Part shown: piece by piece, positions 49,898 to 58,127 of the stretch
Layout of the letters: each line of letters opens with the position of its first letter
Numbering within the stretch: position 1 is the stretch's first letter
Assembly: GCA_019244185.1 (NCBI GenBank)
Contig: JAFATB010000026.1
Coordinates: 128,001 to 192,000 of the forward strand
Length of the DNA: 64,000 nt
Source: Acidobacteriota bacterium
GTDB lineage: Bacteria > Acidobacteriota > Thermoanaerobaculia > Gp7-AA8
Reading direction: 5' to 3'
Notes under the pieces: model-generated
Seen by the model: the letters and a program-made list of their open reading frames with translations, nothing else
Databases searched by the model: none
Told to the model about the DNA's origin: nothing
Translations under genes and position numbers: made by a program

Positions 49898-50824
49898 TTG
49901 CGCATGCACGGACGGGACGGGGACGGGCGCGGTTCTTTTTCGACGATCGCGAAGCTGACGGCGATTCCACTGGCCGGGCTCGCGATGTTCTTTTTGTGGA
50001 ACTGGATGCACGGCGGCATCACGCCGCCCGAAGCCGCGCGCGAAGTGCGCGCCTCGACCGCGTCGCTCGTCCCGCATCACAACGCCCCACCGACCGCACC
50101 GCCCGAAGAAGCGCTTCCGCGCGTGCAGGCGAAGCATCACGAGACGTCGCGCACGCGCGCATCGGGCCACGGCGGCTCCATCGTCCTCATCATCGACGAC
50201 CTCGGCTTCGAAGGGCAGCCGCTCGATCGCCTCATGTCGCTCGACCCGAACGTCAACTGCGCGATCCTGCCGAACGGCACGCGCGTCGACGAGTTCGCGC
50301 ACGAGCTGCACGCGCGCGGCTTCGAGATCCTCTGCCATCTGCCGATGGAGCCGCAGGGACACGCCGCGCCGGGACGCAACGCCATCCTCACGTCGATGTC
50401 CGACGACGAGATCGCGCGCGCCACCCGCGAGAACATCGAGGCCGTGCCGTTCGCGCGCGGCGTGAACAACCACATGGGCTCGCGCGCGACGATGGACCGG
50501 CGCGTGATGACGAGCGTCATCGGCGCGATCCCGAACGGGATGTACTTCATCGACTCGCGGACGATCCCCGGCAGCATCGCCGCGAACGTCGCGCGCGAGC
50601 TGCATGTGCGCACCGCCGCGCGCAATGTCTTTCTCGACGACGTCGCCACCGACGCCGCCGTGCGGCGGCAGGTCGCGGAAGTCGCGCATCTCGCCGAAGA
50701 ACACGGCGTCGCGATCGCAATCGGCCATCCGCATCCCGCCACGATGCGCGTGCTCGCGGAAGAGTTGCCGGCGCTGCGCGCGCGCGGCTTTCATCTGATC
50801 CGCGCGAGCGAAGTGGTTCGCTGA
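49898..50824 (+). CDS. Divergent polysaccharide deacetylase (YibQ-like)
   Basis: IIDDLG, HLPMEP, GVNNHMGS, FIDSRT, VFLDD, IAIGHP; start uncertain. Confidence 0.9.
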   Translation: MRMHGRDGDGRGSFSTIAKLTAIPLAGLAMFFLWNWMHGGITPPEAAREVRASTASLVPHHNAPPTAPPEEALPRVQAKHHETSRTRASGHGGSIVLIIDDLGFEGQPLDRLMSLDPNVNCAILPNGTRVDEFAHELHARGFEILCHLPMEPQGHAAPGRNAILTSMSDDEIARATRENIEAVPFARGVNNHMGSRATMDRRVMTSVIGAIPNGMYFIDSRTIPGSIAANVARELHVRTAARNVFLDDVATDAAVRRQVAEVAHLAEEHGVAIAIGHPHPATMRVLAEELPALRARGFHLIRASEVVR

Positions 50825-51558
50825 TGCTGCTCGCGTTGTTTCTCGTCGACGCCGCGGCCGGGCTCTATCTCTTCCTGCCACTCGTCGGACGCCGCAACGC
50901 CGGCGTGAAGTTCTACCGCCTCATTCTCCTCACCGGCGCGTCGCTCGCCCTCGGCGCCGCGATCGCGCACGCGATGGCCGCGCATCGCGAGCTCGCGTAC
51001 GCGGACGTCGCCATCGTCGCGCTGACGCTCGTCGTCTGGTTCGTGCTCCGCTATCCGAAGCGCCTCATCTACCGCGCCGCGTCCGTGCTCCTCGGCATCG
51101 CGTACCTCGTCGCCGCCGTGCTCGCGTATCACGCCGCCGTGCGTCCGCCGCATCTCGCATGGAGCATCGCCGGCGCGCTCGCGTCGCTCGCGCTTCTCGG
51201 CAGCGTCAATCTCGCCATGCTCCTCGGGCACTGGTATCTCGTCGTGCGCGGCATGTCGATCGATCCGCTGAAGCGCCTCACGATCGCGACGCTCGTCACC
51301 GCGTGCGTCAAGATCGCGCTCGTCGCCGTCGTGGTCGTGGTGTCGTGGCCCGGCGCGTTCGTGAAGGACATCTTCTTCTGGATGCGCGCGCTGTGGGGTC
51401 TCCTCGGCCCGCTCGCGCTGTATCCGATGGTGTGGGGCACCGTGCGCACGCGCTCGACGATGGCCGCGACCGGCATCCTCTACGTCGACGTCGTGGCCGT
51501 CGTCATCGGCGAAGTGCTGGGTGGCTGGCTCTCGGCTCTGACGCATCTGCCGCTGTGA
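50824..51558 (+). CDS. Hypothetical multi-pass membrane protein
   Basis: TGATG coupling to the deacetylase gene; AMLLGHWYL and STMAATGILY motifs. Confidence 0.75.
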   Translation: MLLALFLVDAAAGLYLFLPLVGRRNAGVKFYRLILLTGASLALGAAIAHAMAAHRELAYADVAIVALTLVVWFVLRYPKRLIYRAASVLLGIAYLVAAVLAYHAAVRPPHLAWSIAGALASLALLGSVNLAMLLGHWYLVVRGMSIDPLKRLTIATLVTACVKIALVAVVVVVSWPGAFVKDIFFWMRALWGLLGPLALYPMVWGTVRTRSTMAATGILYVDVVAVVIGEVLGGWLSALTHLPL

Positions 51559-52834
51559 GCAGCGCGCGCACTGCAGCGGGAAGCCGCGACGTGTCGCCGA
51601 CGTCGAGATAGCGCGCGAGCAATGCATCGACGTCGATCGGCGGTAGCGCGTCCGCCAATCGTTGCGCGACCTCGCCGCCGAGTCCCTTGCGGCGGCAGAG
51701 CGCAAACGCGAGCCGCGCCTCGTCCGCATCGCCGACGCATTCGAACGGCTTGTGCGCGTCGATGCCGAGGAGCTCGCGGAACCAGCGCTCGTTCTCCGGC
51801 ATTGCCAGGATGTCGCGCGCGAACATGCCGTCGACATCGAGAAACGCGTTCAGCTGCAGAAACACGTACGCGCATTTTGCGCAGCGCAGGCACCACGGCT
51901 TCGCAACGTTGCACGAATGCGTCTTGCGCACGGCCTCTTCCGCGCCGCGCAGGATGCGCACGATCGCGGCGTCGTACAGCGGCTTGAGGATGGAAACATA
52001 CGCGCCGTCGGCGATCAGCTCGTCGCGCAGATACGCGTCGAGCAGCACTTCCGCCTCCGTCGACTTGCCCCATTGATGGTTGACCGGCTCGCCGTTCCAG
52101 ACGAGGTTCGGCGCGTCGGCGCTGCGCTCGTTGCCGAGGATGAGCGTGCGGTGGCCGTGCTGCAGCATCAGTGGAAGCGCGTAGAAGAGCGAGATCGGCG
52201 TCTCCGCGCAGACGAGCGCCGCGCGCTCGTCGAAGTCATCCTCCGCGCGCATGCGATGGCGCCGCGCGACGTGCGCCGCGTCGAGCAGCGAGTCGATGAG
52301 CGCATGCTGCATCGCAGGATCGCCGTAGTCCGCGTGCGAGTAGGCGAAGGTGGCAAACGGCATCCGCGCGCGCTGCAGCAGCGTGATCGCCGCGAGCGAG
52401 TCTTTGCCGCCGCCGCAGAACGCCAGCGCATCGCCGCCGTCGCCGATGTGAATCGGCGTTGCCTCGCGCGGTGAGCCGCTGACAATCACGCGCGGCGCAT
52501 ATCCCGCGCGATCGTGCTCGTACCGCCACTGCCCGCCCACGCCCTCCCACACCCGCCGCCACAACGCCGCGAAGCGCGGCGTAAAGTACGCCGACGCCTC
52601 GCGCAGCTCCACGACCTCCGGCGCGAGCCCGAAGAACGGAATCGCCTCCATCATCGCCAGTTGTGCCGTGATGCGTTCGAGCAACGCCGCGCCGTAACGC
52701 GCCTCGAGCTCGAGAAAGTCGACGTCGTCGTAACGGCAGACGCGCGTGACCACGCGCGCATCGAGCGCGTACACCATCGAGATCGCATTGCGCGTGCGCG
52801 ACCAGCGGAGGAGGGCGACGCTACGCACGGCCAT
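51503..52834 (-). CDS. MurL-like PP-loop ATP-dependent enzyme
   Basis: CGGGKDS, GNERSAD, VNHQWGKS, WCLRCAKC, HKPFECVG. Confidence 0.75.
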   Translation of the reverse strand: MAVRSVALLRWSRTRNAISMVYALDARVVTRVCRYDDVDFLELEARYGAALLERITAQLAMMEAIPFFGLAPEVVELREASAYFTPRFAALWRRVWEGVGGQWRYEHDRAGYAPRVIVSGSPREATPIHIGDGGDALAFCGGGKDSLAAITLLQRARMPFATFAYSHADYGDPAMQHALIDSLLDAAHVARRHRMRAEDDFDERAALVCAETPISLFYALPLMLQHGHRTLILGNERSADAPNLVWNGEPVNHQWGKSTEAEVLLDAYLRDELIADGAYVSILKPLYDAAIVRILRGAEEAVRKTHSCNVAKPWCLRCAKCAYVFLQLNAFLDVDGMFARDILAMPENERWFRELLGIDAHKPFECVGDADEARLAFALCRRKGLGGEVAQRLADALPPIDVDALLARYLDVGDTSRLPAAVRALLTAADASEPRASHPALRR

Positions 52835-53441
52835 GCGCGCGATCCTCCAGGTGCTGCCACAGGTCGTCCTTCAACGACGGCGGCGTCTGCGTTCCCGGCA
52901 CGCCGCCGTTCCAAGCCTTCCAGTCCGCGCGCGTGATCCGCGGCGGCTCGCGCAGCTCGCGGAAATCCGCGCGGCAAACGAGCATCGCGTTGCAGATGGC
53001 CGCGCGGCGCCGGTACGAACCCTCCCAAACGCGGAGATCTTTCTGCGTCAGATCGGTGAAGTCGAGCGGCAACGGCGGATTGCGATCGACCATGCAGTTC
53101 CGCGGCAGCGCCAGTCCGCGCGCGCGATGCCATTCCGCGGCGCCGGCGTGCGACTCGAAACGCTCCAGCACGGTGAGCAGCGCCGTCAGCCGCCAATGCG
53201 CCTCGCGCTCGTCGTACCGGCCGAGCTTCGTCATGTACGCGACGCGATCGCATTTCTGCAGACGCGGCGCGAAGCGTTTCACGCGGCAGAGCGCGGAGAT
53301 CGTCGGGAACTTCGCTTCGAGATCGGGCTCGCGCTGGCACGAGCCATCGATGAACGGCAGCAGGCCGTGCCGCGCGCTCGCTTCTCGTCCCGCGCGCGCG
53401 CCGCAGAGCGGCCGGTACGTCGACAGGAACGCTCTGCTCAT
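52821..53441 (-). CDS. Hypothetical protein, tentatively Nmad2-like
   Basis: PFIDGSCQREPD..TISALCR..APRLQKCDRVAYMT; overlaps both neighbours; family resemblance weak. Confidence 0.5.
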   Translation of the reverse strand: MSRAFLSTYRPLCGARAGREASARHGLLPFIDGSCQREPDLEAKFPTISALCRVKRFAPRLQKCDRVAYMTKLGRYDEREAHWRLTALLTVLERFESHAGAAEWHRARGLALPRNCMVDRNPPLPLDFTDLTQKDLRVWEGSYRRRAAICNAMLVCRADFRELREPPRITRADWKAWNGGVPGTQTPPSLKDDLWQHLEDRAHGRA

Positions 53442-54145
53442 CCGCGGTAGTTCGGATCAAAGTCCGGCGTCGCCGTCTTCGAGTAGAGATACGGGTCGAG
53501 ATTCTCTTCCGCGCGGAAGCGGGCGCCGGGCGTGTCGAAGGTCATGATCACGTTGATGCGCTCTTCGATCCCCGTCACGCGGCGGACGCTGTGGAGGCAG
53601 CGGTCGCCGCGCATGACGATCATGCGGCCGGGCGCGGGCGCGACGACGAGCGGCGCGGTGAAGCGCGTGAAGAAACGCCAGATGCGGTCGAGGGCGCGCT
53701 GCGCCAAGGTGTCTTTCGCGCGGCCGAGGCGGAGGCGGTGGTTCGCGTACATCTCCGTCTCGCCGCCGCCGACGGAGTTGAGAAAGAGAATCGCGGTGAC
53801 GGCGTTCCGGTCGTAGTGCCAGCGGTACTCGCCGCCGGGCGGGGTGAGGTTCACGTTCACGCTCGCGGTGCGGTTCGGCAGCGGGATGAGCGTCGCATCC
53901 GATGCGCGCACGAGCGCGCCGACGCGTTCGTACAGCGCGACGAGCGACGGCAAGTCTTCATGAATCGCATCGCCATCGATGACCTTGTAGCGCAACGCCC
54001 GCTCGCCGTCTTCGCGCACGATGAGCGGCAGCTCGTGCCTCGCGGCGTACGCGTGGATCTCGTCGAGCAGTGCCGTGCAGGCCGCGTCGTCGAGATACGT
54101 TTCGACGATTGCGACCCCGTCGCGACGCAGCGTCAGCGCGCGCAT
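53438..54145 (-). CDS. 2OG-Fe(II) oxygenase
   Basis: VNVN..WHYD..GGETE..LHSV..ERINV (HxD..H..R). Confidence 0.88.
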   Translation of the reverse strand: MRALTLRRDGVAIVETYLDDAACTALLDEIHAYAARHELPLIVREDGERALRYKVIDGDAIHEDLPSLVALYERVGALVRASDATLIPLPNRTASVNVNLTPPGGEYRWHYDRNAVTAILFLNSVGGGETEMYANHRLRLGRAKDTLAQRALDRIWRFFTRFTAPLVVAPAPGRMIVMRGDRCLHSVRRVTGIEERINVIMTFDTPGARFRAEENLDPYLYSKTATPDFDPNYRG

Positions 54146-55167
54146 GCGCTCTCCGCGGCCGTCTCGAGCAGCGTCGCGCGGAAGACGTCCCACGACTGAC
54201 GTTCGTGCGCGACGGCGAGCAATGCGCCGCGGCGGGCGCGCCACGTGTCGTCGCTCCACGCGAGCATCGTCGCGATGGCGTCGCGGTGCGCGTCGACGTC
54301 GCCCGGCTCGACCACGATGCAATGCTCGAGCACCGCGTCGTCGAGTCCCGACGCGCGCGTGGTGATCGGCACGCAGCCGGAGAAGATCGCCTCGAGCGCG
54401 GTGCCCATCTGTCCTTCGACGACGGTGGGGATGTACGCGAAGCGGCAGGAGCGGAGGAGGTCGCGATAGGGCGCCGAGCGGGAGTCGAGGTAACCGTGGT
54501 GCACGATGCTCCCATTGTTGCGCGAGTCGAGCCTCGCACGCCACGCCGGCTCCAGCTGACCGACCGCGTGCAGCCGCGTCACGCGCGCATCGATGCCGCT
54601 CCACGTCTCGAGCACGTCGTAAAAGCCCTTGCGCAGTCCGCAGTGCGTCGCCGGATAACAGAACTCTCGCCGCGCGTCCGCCGCCGGATGAAAGAGCGTC
54701 GCGTCGACGGAGTAGTTGAGCAGGCGGATCTTCGATCGCCAGCGCGGCGCAAACGTCGCGCGCGTGAACGAGTTGCCGACGAGCAGCACGACGTCCGCGC
54801 GCTCCATCGTCTCGTCGTGATCGAAATGCGGCGGCGGCGCATCCCACGCCGGCTCGCCGAGGCCGGTCGCCTCGACGATCGGCGCGAGCGCACGCGCGCG
54901 ATAGCCGGGGTCCGCGATCGCGTAGAGCACGACGTTGCGCGCGAAGCGGTTCGCACGCGCGGTGCGCGCGAACGACCAGAAGTGTCCGACGAAGAACTCC
55001 GCCGTCAGACCGCGCGGCTGCGCGTCCGCGTCGAGATAGCAGACCGTTCCCAACTCGCGCAGCGCCGCGTAGAGATGTTGTGCAATTTGTCCCGCCGAAC
55101 AGTTGCCGCGCGGCGCGTCACCGTCCGGCGAGAAATAGGCCCGGAAGTACGAAAGGACGGAATGCAC
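54133..55167 (-). CDS. GT-B (GT4-like) glycosyltransferase
   Basis: GNSFTRATF, GLRKG, PTVVEGQMGTALEAIFSGCVPITT (ExxxxxxxE). Confidence 0.85.
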   Translation of the reverse strand: MHSVLSYFRAYFSPDGDAPRGNCSAGQIAQHLYAALRELGTVCYLDADAQPRGLTAEFFVGHFWSFARTARANRFARNVVLYAIADPGYRARALAPIVEATGLGEPAWDAPPPHFDHDETMERADVVLLVGNSFTRATFAPRWRSKIRLLNYSVDATLFHPAADARREFCYPATHCGLRKGFYDVLETWSGIDARVTRLHAVGQLEPAWRARLDSRNNGSIVHHGYLDSRSAPYRDLLRSCRFAYIPTVVEGQMGTALEAIFSGCVPITTRASGLDDAVLEHCIVVEPGDVDAHRDAIATMLAWSDDTWRARRGALLAVAHERQSWDVFRATLLETAAESACAR

Positions 55168-55174
55168 GCGTCCG

Positions 55175-55203
55175 GTTGTACATTAGTTCCTGCCTTGCGG
55201 CAA
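55175..55203 (-). promoter_or_regulatory. Putative sigma70 promoter of the four-gene cassette
   Basis: Minus strand TTGCCG-N17-TACAAC, 7 nt before the GTG. Confidence 0.4.
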
Positions 55204-55217
55204 TTACTTCTCGTGCG

Positions 55218-55652
55218 TCACTTCTCTTCCGCTCCCGGCGGCGCGGCGCCGTAGACGTGGCGGTCGTGCGTCGCCAGATCGAACGGCGGAATGGCCGGAT
55301 TCGGGGCGTAGCCGCGATGCACCGCCTGACATTCGTAGCAGACGATGACGTCTTTCACCACGCGCCAGACGATGTAGTCGAGCACCGTCACGGCGAGGAG
55401 CGAGAGTCCCCACGTCCACGGCACGAAGACCGCGCCGACGGCGACGAGCGCGATGCCGGTCGTGCGGTTGAAGTCCTTCTGCACATACAGCTCGGCGTGG
55501 CCGCACGCGGCGCATTGACCGATTACGGCGTCTTCCGCCGGCGCCACCACGTTCGTCTGCGCGCCGCAGAAATCGCACGCGCGCGCCGGCTCGCCCGCGA
55601 CGCGCGCCAGCCGCGCCTCGCATTGCGGGCAGAGATAGTGGACGCTGGCCAT
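55218..55652 (-). CDS. Cys-rich zinc-ribbon membrane protein
   Basis: CPQC, CDFC, CAAC, QKDFN, two TMs, CYEC. Confidence 0.75.
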   Translation of the reverse strand: MASVHYLCPQCEARLARVAGEPARACDFCGAQTNVVAPAEDAVIGQCAACGHAELYVQKDFNRTTGIALVAVGAVFVPWTWGLSLLAVTVLDYIVWRVVKDVIVCYECQAVHRGYAPNPAIPPFDLATHDRHVYGAAPPGAEEK

Positions 55653-55708
55653 CTTAGTGTTCGCTGTCGAACTGACGCGTGCTCGCCTGTTACCTATTCT
55701 GCACGCGC

Positions 55709-55906
55709 ATGGCGCGGTATGGCATCGACGAAGTCGCTCAGTTGCTCGTTCACGTCGCCGGCAGTGTGCGGGAGTTGCGCGCGGAGCTCGCCGCACTCGC
55801 GCTCGCGCCCACCGAGAAGCTGTACTTCACATGCATTCTGAACGCGATCGAATCGAGCGCGGCGTCGCTCTCGGAGTCGGTGCTGCACTCCGAGCACGAG
55901 CACTGA
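55709..55906 (+). CDS. Small hypothetical protein
   Basis: 65-aa helical ORF, TATTCT 8 nt upstream, ends flush with the efp stop. Confidence 0.55.
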   Translation: MARYGIDEVAQLLVHVAGSVRELRAELAALALAPTEKLYFTCILNAIESSAASLSESVLHSEHEH

Positions 55907-56464
55907 TCAGCGCGCGCGCTCGATGTAGCGGTTGTCGCTCGGGTCGACGATGATCTCTTCGCCCTCGGTGACGAACGGCGGGACCTGCACGACGACGCCG
56001 TTCTCCAGCGTGGCCGGCTTGTACGACGACGACTGCGTCGCGCCTTTGACCATCGGCTGCGTCTCGGCGATCTTCACCTTCATCGTCTTCGGCAGCTCGA
56101 CGCCGATCGGCCGCGACTCGTGGAACTGCACCTGGATCTTCAGGCCGGGCTGGAGCCACGACGCCGCGTCGCCGAGGTCCTCCTCGCTGATCTCCACCTG
56201 CTCGTAGTTCTCCGTGTTCATGAAGTGGTGCGCGTGGCCGTCCGAGTAGAGGTACTCCATCTCGTGCTGGGAGATGTACGCCTGCTCGATGTCGTCGTTC
56301 GAGCGGAAGCGGTGCTCGAACTGGTTGCCGGTGCGCAGGTTGCGCAGCTTGGCCTGCACCATCGCGCGGAGGTTGCCGGGCGTGTGGTGGCGGAAGTCCA
56401 TCACCTTGCAGAGGTCTCCCTCGAACATGATGACGATCCCTTTACGAATGTCGTTGGCCTGCAT
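55907..56464 (-). CDS. efp: Translation elongation factor P
   Basis: ANDIRKG, TPGNLRA, YLYSDG, FMNTENYEQ, KPATLENG..VPPFVTEGE. Confidence 0.96.
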   Translation of the reverse strand: MQANDIRKGIVIMFEGDLCKVMDFRHHTPGNLRAMVQAKLRNLRTGNQFEHRFRSNDDIEQAYISQHEMEYLYSDGHAHHFMNTENYEQVEISEEDLGDAASWLQPGLKIQVQFHESRPIGVELPKTMKVKIAETQPMVKGATQSSSYKPATLENGVVVQVPPFVTEGEEIIVDPSDNRYIERAR

Positions 56465-56535
56465 TTGAATCCTTTCGACGGGGTATAAACTCGCGGAGCC
56501 GCGGCATTGTAGCCGCACGTGGAGAGACGAACATC

Positions 56536-57678
56536 GTGAAAACTGCTCGAATCGTTTGTGCAGCCGCGCTGCTGATCGCGGCCTGCCGCCCCGGCCGCGA
56601 AGCCCAAACGGCGGCCCCGACAGGGGATATTCCAGTGGGCGTCTTCGCTGCGCTCACCGGTTCCGAAGCCTCGTTCGGCAACGCCACCGTGTCCGGCGTG
56701 AAGCTCGCCGCCGACGAGATCAACGCCTCCGGCGGCATCCTCGGACGCAAGATTCGCCTCGTCGTCGAAGACGATCAGGGGAAGGCGGAAGAAGCGGCGT
56801 CGGTGGTCACGAAGCTCATCACGAGCGACGACGTCGTGGCGCTGATCGGCGAGAACTCGTCGAACCAGTCGCTCGCGGCCGCGCCGATCGCGCAGTCGAG
56901 CCGCGTGCCGATGATCTCGCCGTCGTCGACGAATCCCGCGGTCACGCAGAAGGGCGACTACATCTTCCGCGTTTGCTTCACGGATCCCTATCAGGGGAAG
57001 GCGCTCGCGGCGTTCGTGCGCAACAACCTGAAGCTCGAGAACGCGGCGGTGCTGCTCGACAAGAAGAACGACTACTCCGTCGGCCTCGCGGAGTTCTTCA
57101 CCAAGGAATTCGTGGCAATGGGCGGCAAGATCGTCGCGACGCAGAGCTACACCGGCGGCGATACGGAGTTCCGCCCGCAGCTCACCGCCATCAAGCAGGC
57201 AAACCCGCAAGTGCTCTTCATCCCCGGCTTCTACACGGAAGTCGGACAGATCGCGATCCAGGCCCGCGACCTCGGCATCAACGTGCCGCTCGTCGGCGGC
57301 GACGGCTGGGACTCACCGTCCGTCGTGCAGATCGGCGGCAAGTCGATCGACGGCTCGTACTTTTCCGATCACTACTTCGTCGGCGACCCGCGCCCCGCGG
57401 TGCAGACGTTCGTGCAGAAGATCCGCGCGCGCACCGGCAAGAACCCCGAGGCGAATGCCGCCCTCGGATACGACGCGCTGCAGATGTTCGCGCTCGCGGC
57501 GAAACACGCCGGCTCGCTCGACCGCAAAGCCGTGCGCGACCAGCTCGCCGCGATGAAGGGATATCCAGGCATCTCCGGCACGATCACGATGGGAGCCGAT
57601 CGGAATCCCATCAAGCCGGTGGCGATCATCAAGATCGACAACGGACAGATGACGTTCGCGGGGTGGGTGAGTCCGTAG
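56536..57678 (+). CDS. LivJ/K-like branched-chain amino acid ABC substrate-binding lipoprotein
   Basis: IAAC lipobox, INASGGILGRKI, STNPAVT, YIFRVCFTDPYQG, GGDGWDS. Confidence 0.9.
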   Translation: MKTARIVCAAALLIAACRPGREAQTAAPTGDIPVGVFAALTGSEASFGNATVSGVKLAADEINASGGILGRKIRLVVEDDQGKAEEAASVVTKLITSDDVVALIGENSSNQSLAAAPIAQSSRVPMISPSSTNPAVTQKGDYIFRVCFTDPYQGKALAAFVRNNLKLENAAVLLDKKNDYSVGLAEFFTKEFVAMGGKIVATQSYTGGDTEFRPQLTAIKQANPQVLFIPGFYTEVGQIAIQARDLGINVPLVGGDGWDSPSVVQIGGKSIDGSYFSDHYFVGDPRPAVQTFVQKIRARTGKNPEANAALGYDALQMFALAAKHAGSLDRKAVRDQLAAMKGYPGISGTITMGADRNPIKPVAIIKIDNGQMTFAGWVSP

Positions 57679-57694
57679 CGCCTATACTCTCCGC

Positions 57695-58105
57695 ATGCGC
57701 AAATCGCTCGTCGTCCTCGCGTCGCTCGCGACTCTCGCCTTGCCGCTTTTCGCCGCCAGTCCGCAGAAGCACGGCAAGTGGCAGATCACGACGCAGGTCG
57801 AGATGCCGGGCGTGCCCGTGCAGGCGCCGCCGGTGACGCAGACGGTCTGTCTCACCGCCGCCGACGTCGAGAATCCGCAAAAGTCGGTGCCGGCGGATGC
57901 GAATCACGACTGCAAAGTCAGCGACTACAAGATCGACGGCAACACGATCAGCTGGACGGTCAGCTGCCCGAAGATGCAGGCCCTCGGTAGCGGCAAGATC
58001 ACCTTCGCCGGCGACTCGTACAGCGGCGCGATGAAGCTGATGGTCCACGAGCACGAGATGTCGATGAAGTACAGCGGCAAGCGGCTCGGCGACTGCGACA
58101 AGTAG
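57695..58105 (+). CDS. DUF3617-like secreted protein
   Basis: Signal peptide, GKWQITT..CLT..C..C..GKRLGDC. Confidence 0.8.
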   Translation: MRKSLVVLASLATLALPLFAASPQKHGKWQITTQVEMPGVPVQAPPVTQTVCLTAADVENPQKSVPADANHDCKVSDYKIDGNTISWTVSCPKMQALGSGKITFAGDSYSGAMKLMVHEHEMSMKYSGKRLGDCDK

Positions 58106-58127
58106 AGGCTGCCGTCAGCAGCGACGC

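Noticed and set aside
53438-54145. 2OG enzyme as a BesD-type halogenase
   Set aside because: It retains HxD (HYD); halogenases have HxG or HxA
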